From an uncultured Chloroflexia bacterium (GTDB lineage: Bacteria; Chloroflexota; Limnocylindria; Limnocylindrales; CSP1-4): DNA of 64,000 nt. The stretch covers positions 331,692 through 395,691 of the forward strand of contig CAVVNQ010000008.1 of the NCBI GenBank assembly GCA_963749705.1, written 5' to 3'. The notes under the pieces are model-generated. The model was not told where the DNA came from. It saw only the letters and a program-made list of their open reading frames with translations, and did not search any database. Both the position numbers and the translations under genes were made by a program. This document shows, one piece after another, positions 45,924-56,548 of the stretch. Position 1 is the first letter of the stretch. Every line of letters begins with the position of its first letter.

Positions 45924-47867
45924 CTATCGCCCCCGGACGCGGGCGGGCTTGCCGGCCGCCCATGCGAGGAGGTCGTCGCGGCTCCGGGTGTTGACCACGT
46001 TGTCCGCCTCGACCCATCCCCGCCGCGCCTGGTCGACGCCCCAGCGGACGTACTCGAGCTCCGCGATCCGGTGGGCGTCGGAGTCGATCGAGAGCACGCA
46101 GCCCGCTTCGACCGCGCGACGAGCCCGCTCCGCCGAGAGGTCGAGCCGGTGCGGCGAGCCGTTGATCTCGAGTGCGGTTCCGGTCGCCGCCGCGGCCTCG
46201 AACACGGCGTCCCAGTCGAGGTCCAGGTCGTCCCGGGACTGGATCATCCGGCCGGCCGGATGGGCGATGACGTCCACGTGCGGGCTGCGGATCGCGTTGA
46301 GCGTCCGGCGGGTCAGGTCGGCGCGGGACTGCCGGCGGGCGACGTGAACCGAGGCGACCACGAGGTCGAACCGGGCGAGGAGGTCGTCCTCGTAGTCCAG
46401 CTGCCCGTCCGCGCGGACCTCCAGCTCGCAGCCGTGGAGGAGCCGGAAGCCCCCGGGATCGGCGCCCGCGGGAAGCGTTCCGTCAGCCTCTTCCGCGGCG
46501 AACCGCGCATTGAGCGCCGCGATGATCCCGCGCTGCGCCTCCACCCGATCCGGGTCGAGCCCGTGCGCGATCGCGAGGCTTCGCGAGTGGTCGGTGAGCA
46601 CCTGGTAGGCGTACCCCGACGCGCGTCCCGCTGCGGCCATCCGCTCGATCGTGTCGACGCCGTCGCTCCACTCGGAGTGCGTGTGCAGGTCGCCGCGCAG
46701 GTCGCCGCGCGCGATGAGCCGCGGCAGCCGGCCGTCGCGGGCGGCCTCGATCTCGCCCCGATCCTCGCGCAGCTCGGGCTCGACGAAGGCAAGGTCGAGG
46801 AACCGGTAGACACCGGCCTCGTCGGGGAACGTCCGGAGGTCCGCGCCGTCCCCGGACAGCGGCTGGCTGTCATCCCCCAGCCGCACGAACCCCTTCTCGG
46901 AAAGGCTCCAACCGCGCTCCCGGGCGAGCCCGCGGAGGTGGACGTTGTGCTCCGCCGATCCCGTGAAGTGGACGAGGTAGCTGCCGGCCTCGCCCGGCGG
47001 CATGACCATCAGGTCCACCTGCGGGCCGTGCAGCAACCGGACGCTCGCCTTCGCACCGCCCGCGCCCAGCACCTGGTCGACGCCGGCCAGGCCGGTGAAC
47101 CGGTCCACGACCGACGCGGGATCGTCGGTCTCCACCAGCAGGTCCAGGTCGCCGACGGTCTCGCGCCGCCGGCGCAGCGACCCCGCCTGGACGATCCGCC
47201 GCACGCCGGCGACGTCGGACAGCTGCGCCACGAGCTCGTCCGAGCGCTGCTGCGCCCGGTCGAGCAGGAGCCGCTGGGGGCGCGACTCGAGCTGCGCGAT
47301 CCCCTCCAGGATCCGCGCCTCCGTCCCGACCGACAGTCCACGGAGCCCGCGCAGGTGCCCCGCCTCCGCGGCGCGGCGGAGGTCGTCGAGGCTCTCGATG
47401 CCCAGCCCCTCGTAGACCAGGCGGACGGTCTTCGGGCCCACGCCCGAAATCCGGAGCAGGCCGACCAGGCTGGCCGGAATCTCGGCACGAAGGCGGTCGT
47501 GGACGGCCATCCGCCCCGTGGTCGCCAGCTCGGTGATCTTGTCCGCGATCGCCTTGCCGACGCCGGGGATCGGCCGCCTGTTTCCGGCCGCGTACGCGCT
47601 CCCGACGTCGAACGGGGCGCGGGCGATGGCGTCGGCGGCACGGTGGTAGGCGACGGTCTTGAACACCAGCTCGCCCTTGACCTCGAGGATGTCGCCGATC
47701 TCGTGGAACACCCGGGCAAGGTCGCCATTGGTCACCGGATGTGCCGCTCCGGACGGGGCCGGGTCGCGTCCGCCCGGTCCATCGGGCGGATCCGGGACGG
47801 GATCCGGCCCATCGGGTCCGGCGTTCTGGCCGAGGTCGGGCTCGCGCTTGCGCGGCGTGCGGGGCAT
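45924..47867 (-). CDS. polX: DNA polymerase X / PHP 3'-5' exonuclease
   Basis: HhH IPGVGK, GSLRR, GDLDL, QVDL, HFTGS; PHP DLHTHS, TDHS, IAHP, DSDAH; TACCAT lies 6 nt before the ATG. Confidence 0.96.
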   Translation of the reverse strand: MPRTPRKREPDLGQNAGPDGPDPVPDPPDGPGGRDPAPSGAAHPVTNGDLARVFHEIGDILEVKGELVFKTVAYHRAADAIARAPFDVGSAYAAGNRRPIPGVGKAIADKITELATTGRMAVHDRLRAEIPASLVGLLRISGVGPKTVRLVYEGLGIESLDDLRRAAEAGHLRGLRGLSVGTEARILEGIAQLESRPQRLLLDRAQQRSDELVAQLSDVAGVRRIVQAGSLRRRRETVGDLDLLVETDDPASVVDRFTGLAGVDQVLGAGGAKASVRLLHGPQVDLMVMPPGEAGSYLVHFTGSAEHNVHLRGLARERGWSLSEKGFVRLGDDSQPLSGDGADLRTFPDEAGVYRFLDLAFVEPELREDRGEIEAARDGRLPRLIARGDLRGDLHTHSEWSDGVDTIERMAAAGRASGYAYQVLTDHSRSLAIAHGLDPDRVEAQRGIIAALNARFAAEEADGTLPAGADPGGFRLLHGCELEVRADGQLDYEDDLLARFDLVVASVHVARRQSRADLTRRTLNAIRSPHVDVIAHPAGRMIQSRDDLDLDWDAVFEAAAATGTALEINGSPHRLDLSAERARRAVEAGCVLSIDSDAHRIAELEYVRWGVDQARRGWVEADNVVNTRSRDDLLAWAAGKPARVRGR

Positions 47868-47984
47868 GCCTGCATGGTACGAGGCCGGAGCGGTGGCACG
47901 GACGGGCGCCGCGCCGTGCGGTCAGGAGCCCGGCAGCCGGTGACCCATGCTCAGCTGTCGACCCGCTGCGCTCAGGGTTCGACG

Positions 47985-49478
47985 CTACGCCGCGACGACG
48001 CGATCGCGACCGGCCCGCTTGGCCCGGAACAGCGCCCGGTCCGCCGCATCGATCACCATGTCGAGCCCGACGTCCGGCAATTCGGCAACCGACACCCCGA
48101 CCGACACGCTCACCCCGGGCACGCCCAGCCGGCGCAGGTCGAGCCCGGCGACGGACCGGCGGACCCGCTCACCGACCTCGAACGCGATCTCGGACGTCGG
48201 GTTGCGGAGCAGGACCGCAAACTCCTCGCCGCCGAACCGTGACGGCACGTCACCCTCGCGAACCGCCCTGGCGATCGCCTGGGCGACCTCCCGCAGCACG
48301 TGGTCGCCCACGCCGTGGCCGAAGGTGTCGTTGAGCCGCTTGAAGCGGTCGATGTCGATCATCAGCACGCCAACCCGATCTTCGGCACGGCGTCGCCGCG
48401 ACAGCAGGCCCACGTACTCGTCGAAGTACCGGCGGTTCGGCAGGCCCGTCAGCGCATCCGTCGACGCCCGTGTCTCGGCATCGCGGAGCGAGTACACCCG
48501 AGCCAGCGCCGCGGACGCCTCGACCGCGGACGCGGCGAGGATCCGGTGCGCGCTGGCCGGCCATGGCCCGCTCGTCCGACGCGACAGGACGATCGCGCCC
48601 TCGACCCTGCCGTCGACCCGCAGCGGCGCCGCGAGGAGGTTGCTCAACCCGTAGGCGTCGCGGAGCCGGGCGGCGATCCGGTCCGCGATCCGCTGCTCGG
48701 CACCATCGCGGGCCAGCGATGCCTGGACGATCCGCCGGGTCTGCGGTGGCGCGACCGCGACCGTCGTGCCGCCGGGCTCGCGATCCGGCTGGGCGCGCAC
48801 CCGGAGCGGCATCTGGCCCACAGGCGCGGTGGCACCGGAGCTCGCGGCCCAATCGGCACTGATCCCGAGCGGTGCGAGCTGCGGATCCCCGTCGGGTTCC
48901 GGCCCCATGGGCACCGGCGTGAGCCGCCGGCCACGGGCGGCCGCGACGGCGAGCCGCACCTGCGCCTGCTCGTCGGCCGGATCCTCGAGCTCTGTGAGGG
49001 GCAGCGTCGTCCGCGACGCCGGGGCACCGGCTCGCGTGGGTGTCAGGATGGCCTCGAGGTTTCGAGTGTCCGGGCGGCGGCGGACGACCGCGACGTGATC
49101 GGCGCCGGTCCCCGCCCCCAGCTCCTCGGCGATCGACGCGACGATGGCGTCCGGGGATGCGGATCGCGCGAGACCGCGCAGGATCCGGGCGAACGACTCC
49201 GCCTCCGTGCGCCGGTTGCCCTCGAGACCGGCCACCGCCTCGCGCTCACGAATGGCGGCGAGCCCGACCAGGGCGACCAGGGCGAGGACGACCAGGTCGG
49301 CGGGCCGCGGATCGAGGGCCAGCCGCAGGACCTCGATCGAGCCCAGGGCGACGAACAGGAGGACGAACGGTCGCCGGGTCAGCGAGCGCAGATCGATGCG
49401 CCGCCCGAGGCCGCCAGGATTCCGCTCGTCGAGTGTCACCTGGAACTGAAGGATGGGGCCCGGAAGGGCGCCGGGCAA
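47985..49478 (-). CDS. TM-GAF-GGDEF diguanylate cyclase (start uncertain)
   Basis: DALTGLPNRR, DIDRFK, REGD I-site, GGEEF. Confidence 0.9.
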   Translation of the reverse strand: MPGALPGPILQFQVTLDERNPGGLGRRIDLRSLTRRPFVLLFVALGSIEVLRLALDPRPADLVVLALVALVGLAAIREREAVAGLEGNRRTEAESFARILRGLARSASPDAIVASIAEELGAGTGADHVAVVRRRPDTRNLEAILTPTRAGAPASRTTLPLTELEDPADEQAQVRLAVAAARGRRLTPVPMGPEPDGDPQLAPLGISADWAASSGATAPVGQMPLRVRAQPDREPGGTTVAVAPPQTRRIVQASLARDGAEQRIADRIAARLRDAYGLSNLLAAPLRVDGRVEGAIVLSRRTSGPWPASAHRILAASAVEASAALARVYSLRDAETRASTDALTGLPNRRYFDEYVGLLSRRRRAEDRVGVLMIDIDRFKRLNDTFGHGVGDHVLREVAQAIARAVREGDVPSRFGGEEFAVLLRNPTSEIAFEVGERVRRSVAGLDLRRLGVPGVSVSVGVSVAELPDVGLDMVIDAADRALFRAKRAGRDRVVAA

Positions 49479-49529
49479 GTGGGCATCCCAGTACTCTCGG
49501 CGGGCAGGGTCCTGGTACTTCCGTACCCG

Positions 49530-51443
49530 TCAGTCGGGACCGGACGTCACCCCACCGGCCTCAACCGGAGGCTGCCCGGAATGCAGCTCGGACCCGCGAC
49601 CCGCCATTCGTACCGGCCACTCGGGTCGCCCGTCCACGCCGGAGGCGGTCGCGGCCGGCGAGGTCGAGACAACGTCGCCATCGGACCCCGCCGTCGCCTG
49701 GTTGCCGCCGCGCGCCTTGGATCCGTACAGCGCGGCGTCCGCGATCGAGATCAGATCGGTCGCCGTACGGCCGGCGTCCGGGTATGTCGCGATCCCGATC
49801 GAGGCACCGATCGGGAACGGCCGCCGCCCGTCGGCGGAGAAGGGCGAGGCCTGGAAGGCATCGAGGATGCGGCTGGCCGCACGCGCTGCGCCCTCGCGGT
49901 CGGTCTCGGGCAGGATCAGCGCGAACTCGTCGCCGCCGTATCGGGCGCCCACATCCGACTGGCGAAACGTCGCGCGGATCAGGTCGGCAACGTGGACCAG
50001 CACACGGTCTCCGTACACGTGGCCGAAGGTGTCGTTGACCAGCTTGAAGTCGTCGAGGTCGAGCATCAGGACGCTCAGCGGCCGGCGCGTGCGGACGGCG
50101 CGGACGACCTCCTCGGCCAGGCGCTCGTGGAGATACCGGTGGTTGTAGAAGCCGGTCAGCGGGTCGCGGTCGGCCAGCTTGCGGGCCGTGTCGTACAGCC
50201 GCGCGTTCTGGAGCGCCATCGCGGCCTCGTGGGTCATCGTCCGGGCCAGCGTGATCGGCCCGGCGTCGGCCACCGGACGGCCGCGGAAGGTGAGCTCGAC
50301 GAGGCCGATCGCATCTCCCTTCGCGATCAGCGGCAGCATCACCAGCCCGCCCATGCCTTCCTCGCGCAGCAGCTCCACCTCGGCGCGATCCGCGTCCGGG
50401 TCCTCGACATCGACGAACGCGATCATCCCCTCGGTGAGGACGCGGCGGGTAAGCGGGAACGGCGCGAGTGGATAGAACGCGGCCGCCTGCATCCCGGTGC
50501 CGACCGGGTATGCCCCGAGGCTGCAGACGCGGTCGTTGAGCTGATCCCAGTCGCTGATCTGCGCCTCGTCCGCGCCGACGGCGCGGGCGAGATGCTCGGC
50601 CATCAGGTCCGCCACGTCGTGCGGGTCAAGCGACCTGGCCAGGGCGCTGCTCATGTCGAGCAGCTGGCGGAGCTCGGCCGCGAGCCTGCGGGTCTCGACG
50701 AGCAGCGACGCGCCGGAGAAGGCGGTCGCGGCCTGGTCGGCGAGGATCATCAGCAGCCTGAGGTCGTCGTCGTCGAACTGGTCGAGGCCCAGCTTCGAGA
50801 GGGTGATCACGCCGACGAGGGTGTCGTCATGCCGCATGGGCACGACGAGCATCGATTCGTCGACGTCGTCGGTGCCCGGAATGGTGGCGGCGCGCGGATC
50901 GCGGCCGACATCGCCGATCCTGAGCGGGAAGCCGTTGCGGGCGACCCAGCCGGTAAGCCCCGTGCCCACCTTCGTCCGCAGGATGTCGAGATCGACCTTG
51001 TCGTAGGCACCGACGCGGCCCTCGAACGCGACGGGCACGAGCTCATCCGGCGCCTCGAGCAGGTAGACGCGCGCATTGTGGTAATCGATGACGCGCTGCG
51101 TCTCCTCGACCACCGCCCGGCCCACCTCGGCGGGGCTGAGGCTCGCGCTCATGCGCTTGGCGGCGCCCTGCAGCACCTGCAGCTGGCCGGCGCGACGCGC
51201 TTCCGCCGCCCTGGCCCGGCCAACCAGCGCCCCGGTGAGGAGGACCGTCCCCCCGATGGTGAGATCGAGGACGATGATCAGGTCCTCGATCGAGGATGGC
51301 CCACCTGCGACGGCCCAGCCGGCGACCCCGAGCGCCAGCGCCATCAGGCCGCCGATGAAGGCCACCACGTGGAGGCGTGACGTCTGGGGCGCCGCGCGGC
51401 GTCCCGACCGGAGGCGGCCCATGGCCACACGAAGGCGCTTCAC
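49530..51443 (-). CDS. TM-GAF-GAF-GGDEF diguanylate cyclase
   Basis: Two GAF domains, DPLTGFYN, RQSD I-site, GGDEF. Confidence 0.93.
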   Translation of the reverse strand: MKRLRVAMGRLRSGRRAAPQTSRLHVVAFIGGLMALALGVAGWAVAGGPSSIEDLIIVLDLTIGGTVLLTGALVGRARAAEARRAGQLQVLQGAAKRMSASLSPAEVGRAVVEETQRVIDYHNARVYLLEAPDELVPVAFEGRVGAYDKVDLDILRTKVGTGLTGWVARNGFPLRIGDVGRDPRAATIPGTDDVDESMLVVPMRHDDTLVGVITLSKLGLDQFDDDDLRLLMILADQAATAFSGASLLVETRRLAAELRQLLDMSSALARSLDPHDVADLMAEHLARAVGADEAQISDWDQLNDRVCSLGAYPVGTGMQAAAFYPLAPFPLTRRVLTEGMIAFVDVEDPDADRAEVELLREEGMGGLVMLPLIAKGDAIGLVELTFRGRPVADAGPITLARTMTHEAAMALQNARLYDTARKLADRDPLTGFYNHRYLHERLAEEVVRAVRTRRPLSVLMLDLDDFKLVNDTFGHVYGDRVLVHVADLIRATFRQSDVGARYGGDEFALILPETDREGAARAASRILDAFQASPFSADGRRPFPIGASIGIATYPDAGRTATDLISIADAALYGSKARGGNQATAGSDGDVVSTSPAATASGVDGRPEWPVRMAGRGSELHSGQPPVEAGGVTSGPD

Positions 51444-51551
51444 GCTCCGGATGCTGGCAGCGCGGGGTGCCGCCGGGCACCACCTGAAGGTACCGGGCGC
51501 GGACGCCCGATGGCGACGCGTCCCCTGTTATTGCGCTCCCGGTTTGCGCCG

Positions 51552-52656
51552 CTAGCTGGCAGCGTCGTAGGTGACCTTCGTTCCGGTGGCGACGACCTGG
51601 ATGAAGATCCGCCCGCGGACCAGGGTGACCTCGGTTCCTGCAGCATCGAAGAAGCGCGTGAGGCCGGCGGCCGTGTCCTTGCGCCAGGTGCCCACGATCA
51701 CGCGGCCGTCCCGGAACACGAGTGCCTTGCCGGTCCCGATCTGGTCCAGCACCGGCCGCGCGTGCCCGCGCTCCGATTCCGGGTCGATCGACAGGCGCAT
51801 GAACAGGACGACCACGTTGCGGGCCGTGACGCGCTTGCCATCGGCGGCATCGATCTGCGCCTTGCCGGCGACCGAACGCAGGTAGGCGTTGGTCTTCGCG
51901 TCATAGGTGTAACCGGTGGCGCCGTTGTTGTACGGGATCGTGATCGAGCCCTTCGTCGGGCGTTGGTCGGCGGGCAGGTCGTCGGCAAAGGTGCGGACGC
52001 CAACGTCCCCTGGCATCGTCGTCGGGGCCCCGTGCTTCACCGCCATCGCGCGGATCGCGGTGCTCGACGAGAAGGCGTTGTGGGGTGCGCTCCGCTTCGA
52101 GTCCCGGTGGAACGCGGACCCGCTGCCGGCCAGCGCATCGACGTTGTACAGGACCTTGCCGTCAAGCCCGGGCAGGAGCTTCAGCGTCTTCGCGTCGCCG
52201 CCGTAGTGCGCGAAGGCGGCCCGGTACTCGGACGCCCAGTTGACGAAGTACGGTCGACCGCTGCGAATGGCCTCGATCCGCGGTAGCGTCAAGCTCCTGG
52301 AACAGCGCCATGTACCGGTCCTCGCCGCCGTCCGCGGGCGCCTGGTACACGATCGACGCGGCGTTGAACCCGTACTGGGGGCGAGCTGCCACGCTGTCAT
52401 CGATCATGACGGCGACGGGGAGGCGGCTCGCGGTCGCGGAGTTCGCGGGCAAGCCGTCGAGCCACGCGAAGCCGGGTGGCGGGGTCGGGGCGGGAGTCGG
52501 TGACGGGGTCGCGGTCGGAGCCGTGGTGGCGGTCTCCACCGATGACGGTATCGCCCCGTCGGAAGGTGCGGACGACGACACCTGTGGCGACGCCGTCGGC
52601 GGGTTGGACCCGCAGCCAGTCAGACTAAGGACGACCGCTACCCCTGCCAACGCCAT
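51552..52656 (-). pseudogene. DUF3048 lipoprotein split by one frameshift near 52282 (possibly a sequencing error)
   Basis: LTGC lipobox and PVAVMIDD..ARPQYG in one frame; IRSGRPY, APHN and QID...NVVV in another. Confidence 0.85.
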
Positions 52657-53205
52657 CCGGAGCCCAGTGACGCGAACCAGGGCGCGATTGACGGCGCCAC
52701 TGCCCACCTGCCACTCACATTTGCGCTGTCGTGGCCGCGCGGCCGCGTCGAAAGCTTCGCGATCAGGCTCAAGCATGTCGCCAATGTACGCCCGGCCGGG
52801 TATGCCCGGATCGGCCGATCGCCCGACTCGAGCTGCCTCGCGAGCGTCGAAACAGCCGTCGGATCGACTCATGGGACCCCAGGGTCGATGCAGCCCTGGC
52901 CCGCGGAACCCGAGGACGGCCTCCGCGCCACCGGCCCGCAGCACGCTCGTGTCGATGCAGTCGCCGCCCGCGCGGGCGGACAGGACGGGGCTCGCGAGTT
53001 TGTCGTCGACCCTGCGCCCCGCCCGAGAGGGCGATGTGGCGCTCGACGAGCTCACGCAGGCCGAGGCGTCCGAGCAGAAGGCCCCATTACACGTGGCGCC
53101 TCGTACGTGGTGCCCATCTCTCGTCGGTAAGCCTTCCGGTCAGCGCCTGGAACGTGGGCCCGGAAGCCCGGCGGCCACGCGCCTGGCCGGTCCAGCGCAT
53201 ACCGG

Positions 53206-54834
53206 TCACGGGACCGGCGGGGGCGCGGCAATGGGAGACGCCTCGACATCAATCAGCCGGGAGACCTCTTGCTCGAACGATGGCGATCCGAGGGCTTCCA
53301 GCGCCACGAGCCTCAAGACCTCTAGCACGCCGGGAACCCCACCTCTGGAGGAGACCCGCAGCTCAAGATCCACTGGCGATGGGACGTATTGGTCCATGTG
53401 GTAGGCAGGGCGAGAGATGAAGAAGCCGATCACCTCAGGGCTGGGTTCATTGGTACCATCGGAGGCGAGCCGACGCGTGTTCCCCATCGCCACGCTGAAC
53501 AGTGCGTTGTACTCGTAGAACCGATAGGTCCTCCCCAACGCGTTGAACGCTGTTGCGGAGTCGACGACCCTGATATGTCGCGCAGCTCGCATTTCGGGGA
53601 TCGTCCGCGCCGCAGCGATCAATGCCCTTTGCTTGAACCAGTCCGCTTGATAGGCGACCAGAGTGCGCGCGTCGGCAACGGCGGACATGCCCAACAGGAG
53701 CCCCACCGCCACGCCGAATGCCGGTCCGATCAGCCCGGTGCCTTTCGCGCCTCGCGCGGCAGCTGCTGCGAGGAGGGCGGCACCGAGTGGCACGAGGAGT
53801 TGATGGCGGCTCGACCAGTCCCAGACCGTGGGCACTTTTCCGACGGCGAGGTACGGAAAGACACCGAGACCGAGTGCCACGACGCCGACGAGGGCAAGGG
53901 CGAGGGCGGGCACCACGATGCCCCTTTCGCCTGCCGTGCTTTGCCGCAGGAGCCAGACCGCGACACCGGCGCCGACCGCGACGCCGAGGAGCCCGCTCAC
54001 GGTGACCGCTCGACTCAAGGGCTCGAACAAGACCTGGCTCGGGATCGGGGGCAGCAAACCTGGAACGTCGGCCAGCCCCTGCGGTGTCAGCGTGTTGTAT
54101 CCCTCGTAGACACCGCCCGGGGCGAAGAACGCTGACTTGAGGAGCCAGTAGGCAACCGGCAGCACGACGAAATCGACGTGCCGCAATACGAAGGACCGAA
54201 GTCGCACCGCCGCGGACTTCCAGACGATGAATGCGGCAAGAGCCATCGGCACGACGTAAAGGACCAACAAGGACGCCGTGAAGAACGAGCAGGCGTAGAG
54301 CCCAAGGGCACCCACGCGGCGTGCGTGGCCGCCATCCTCGAGGTAGCGAATCAGCAGCAACGTCGCTGCCAGAAAGGCGAGCAGAGAAATGCCGTACGGG
54401 AGATCGGCCAGCGCGACCCTCGCGTAGTTGACCGGGAGGACTGCGAAGGTCAACGCAGCCACAAGGGCATCCATACGGCTCAGGCCGGGAGCCCGGCGAA
54501 GAATCGCGTGCAGGGCCAGCGTGGACAGCAGGTACGCGCTGAACACGATGATGTGGCCGACGAGCCCGGGCAGCGGCATCGAGACGAGGGCCGCGGAGAA
54601 GAATGCGACCCACGGCACCGCCCCGATCTCCCGCAACCCCAACGCCAACGACGCGGGTGACACGCCGACGGACGTCCAGTCATCCCAGTAGATGCCCCAA
54701 TTCACGACGAGCAAACCCCAGGCGAGGGTGTACGCCAACACGATCATCAGGCGGTCGCGCCGCACGGGATCGCCACGCACAAACGCGATCGAGGCCGGCT
54801 CAGCGAAGGAGCCGGGCGCAGAGCCCTCAGTCAC
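53206..54834 (-). CDS. Integral membrane GT-C/GtrII-like glycosyl-modification protein
   Basis: GIYWDDW in the first loop, many TM helices, SRH motif, soluble C-terminal part; codon usage differs from core genes. Confidence 0.65.
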   Translation of the reverse strand: MTEGSAPGSFAEPASIAFVRGDPVRRDRLMIVLAYTLAWGLLVVNWGIYWDDWTSVGVSPASLALGLREIGAVPWVAFFSAALVSMPLPGLVGHIIVFSAYLLSTLALHAILRRAPGLSRMDALVAALTFAVLPVNYARVALADLPYGISLLAFLAATLLLIRYLEDGGHARRVGALGLYACSFFTASLLVLYVVPMALAAFIVWKSAAVRLRSFVLRHVDFVVLPVAYWLLKSAFFAPGGVYEGYNTLTPQGLADVPGLLPPIPSQVLFEPLSRAVTVSGLLGVAVGAGVAVWLLRQSTAGERGIVVPALALALVGVVALGLGVFPYLAVGKVPTVWDWSSRHQLLVPLGAALLAAAAARGAKGTGLIGPAFGVAVGLLLGMSAVADARTLVAYQADWFKQRALIAAARTIPEMRAARHIRVVDSATAFNALGRTYRFYEYNALFSVAMGNTRRLASDGTNEPSPEVIGFFISRPAYHMDQYVPSPVDLELRVSSRGGVPGVLEVLRLVALEALGSPSFEQEVSRLIDVEASPIAAPPPVP

Positions 54835-55460
54835 GGGGCTGGAGACCCGAGCACGCGCAAATGCGAAGTGCCCTGGCCGTGAGCCCTTACTCCAGTTCTC
54901 CGGTCGACAAGGTTTGCCGCGACCTGACCCACCTGCGCCCCGAGCGTGCCGAACCAGTTGGGCAACTGGTCGAAGACGGTTGCCGTCAGGATCCTAACGG
55001 GCATGGCGATGGCGACAGCCGCTCTCCCGCGGCCCGGCGCGCAGCCGCCCAACGCCCAACATTGAACCTGGAGCTTCGCGAGCACTGGTGGTCGGTTGTT
55101 CATGGTCCACGCTCACGCGGCGTGCTCGGGCCGTCAGGGAGTTGCATGCCTCGGGACCTCAACGGCGCGGCGGTGCCCCGCCGCCCCACAGTAACAAGCG
55201 CAATCCTAATCGGCGACGAGGCCGAAGAAAGCTGAGAGGCGGAAGAAGGCTGATCCGTGCCGACCTGACACGGAAGCGCCATGGGGCCATAACCCCATAA
55301 GGCTGGCAACTGACGCGAGGCTCTCAGCAGTAGGGGCTCGCCCTTGGAACAACCCGTGGGGGGACCCTCCTCCGGTACTATCAACTGCGCGTTTGGGCGA
55401 AGTGCCGCCGAGGACGCGGGAGCCCTGACGGTCCGTATCAACCTGTCGCCGGTGCCACAA

Positions 55461-56499
55461 ATGGCAGACGTCAAGGCCTCCCAACTTTATCTGGCCTGGC
55501 TGGATCAGGCACGTTTAGTGGCGATTGCTGGCGTGGTAGCGATCCACGTCGCGTCGCCCCTGCTCTCGAATCTGGACCCTCACCATCCGGGGCGATGGTG
55601 GGTCGCAAACGCGGTTTTCGCGGTAACCCGGTGGACGGTGCCGGTGTTCGTGATGATCAGCGGAGCGTTGGCGCTCCAGCCACGCTCCGCGGGGACGCTC
55701 TCGTATTACAGGCGGCGAATTCCGCGAATCAGCGTGCCGCTGATCGCTTGGTCGATTCTCTATTGGGCGTTCCTCGTCGTAATCCAACGACAGGCCCTCG
55801 ACCCGATCTGGCTGCTGAGATCGATGCTTGCGGCGACCACCTATGGGCACCTCTACTTCCTGGCGATCCTGCTGGGCCTTGCGTTGGTGAGCCCGGTCCT
55901 TGCAGCGTTTTGGCGGGTCGCGGATCGACGAGAAAGGCTTGCTGTCGCAGCGTTAGCCCTCTGCATGGGTCTCGCGTTTCGCCTGTTCCAGGAGCTGCGG
56001 GATCGGCAGCGTCGCTCTCATCGACTGGTGGCTGCCGTTCGTCGGCTACTTCCTCGCGGGTGCCCTGATCCGCGACATGCGACCTTCGCGGGCGCGCCTC
56101 ATTGGTGGAGTCACGGTCTTTGCAGCGAGCGCAATTCTCACTGGTATGAACGCCTGGCTGGCGCGGACCTCAGGGAGCCCGCTCTCGCTTGGCCTCACCT
56201 ACTCGTACCTGGGACCGCTCGCGATCGTGAATGCCGTGAGCGCATTCGTCGTGGCATCCAACCTTGGAGCCGCCCCGGTACCTCAGCGCCTGCTTCGATC
56301 ATTGGCGATGCTCGTCATGGGCGTGTATCTCGTCAACCCGATGTTGGTCGCAGTCATGGCAACTGTAATCGGGGCTCCCCAAACTACGGCCACCGCAATG
56401 GCATATGTCGCGCTTGGCACGCTGGTCGTCCTCGGCGCATCGGCGCTGATCGCAGCCTCCGGCGCACGAGTACCGCTGCTTCGACGGATCTTCGTTTAG
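55461..56499 (+). pseudogene. Acyltransferase-3 (OafA/WecH-like O-acetyltransferase) with a frameshift near 55998
   Basis: WLDQARLVAI..VVAIH, VPVFVMISG, HLYFL; continues in a shifted frame as FVGYFLAG..MGVYLV. Confidence 0.85.
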
Positions 56500-56548
56500 C
56501 CGGCGCGCGTAGGCCGGAAACAGCTCGATGCTCGATGGCGCCCATACG

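Noticed and set aside
531-51380. Many long antisense or alternate-frame ORFs (e.g. 531-2498, 11885-14245, 45342-48242, 48300-51380)
   Set aside because: Shadow ORFs expected in very GC-rich DNA; they overlap well-supported genes and lack motifs.
52660-53200. Possible integrase/IS remnant or att site at the island boundary
   Set aside because: No transposase or recombinase motif, terminal repeat or tRNA recognised.
54835-55460. Short ORFs or RNA in the intergenic gap
   Set aside because: No convincing coding signal or stable repeated structure seen; possibly gene debris.
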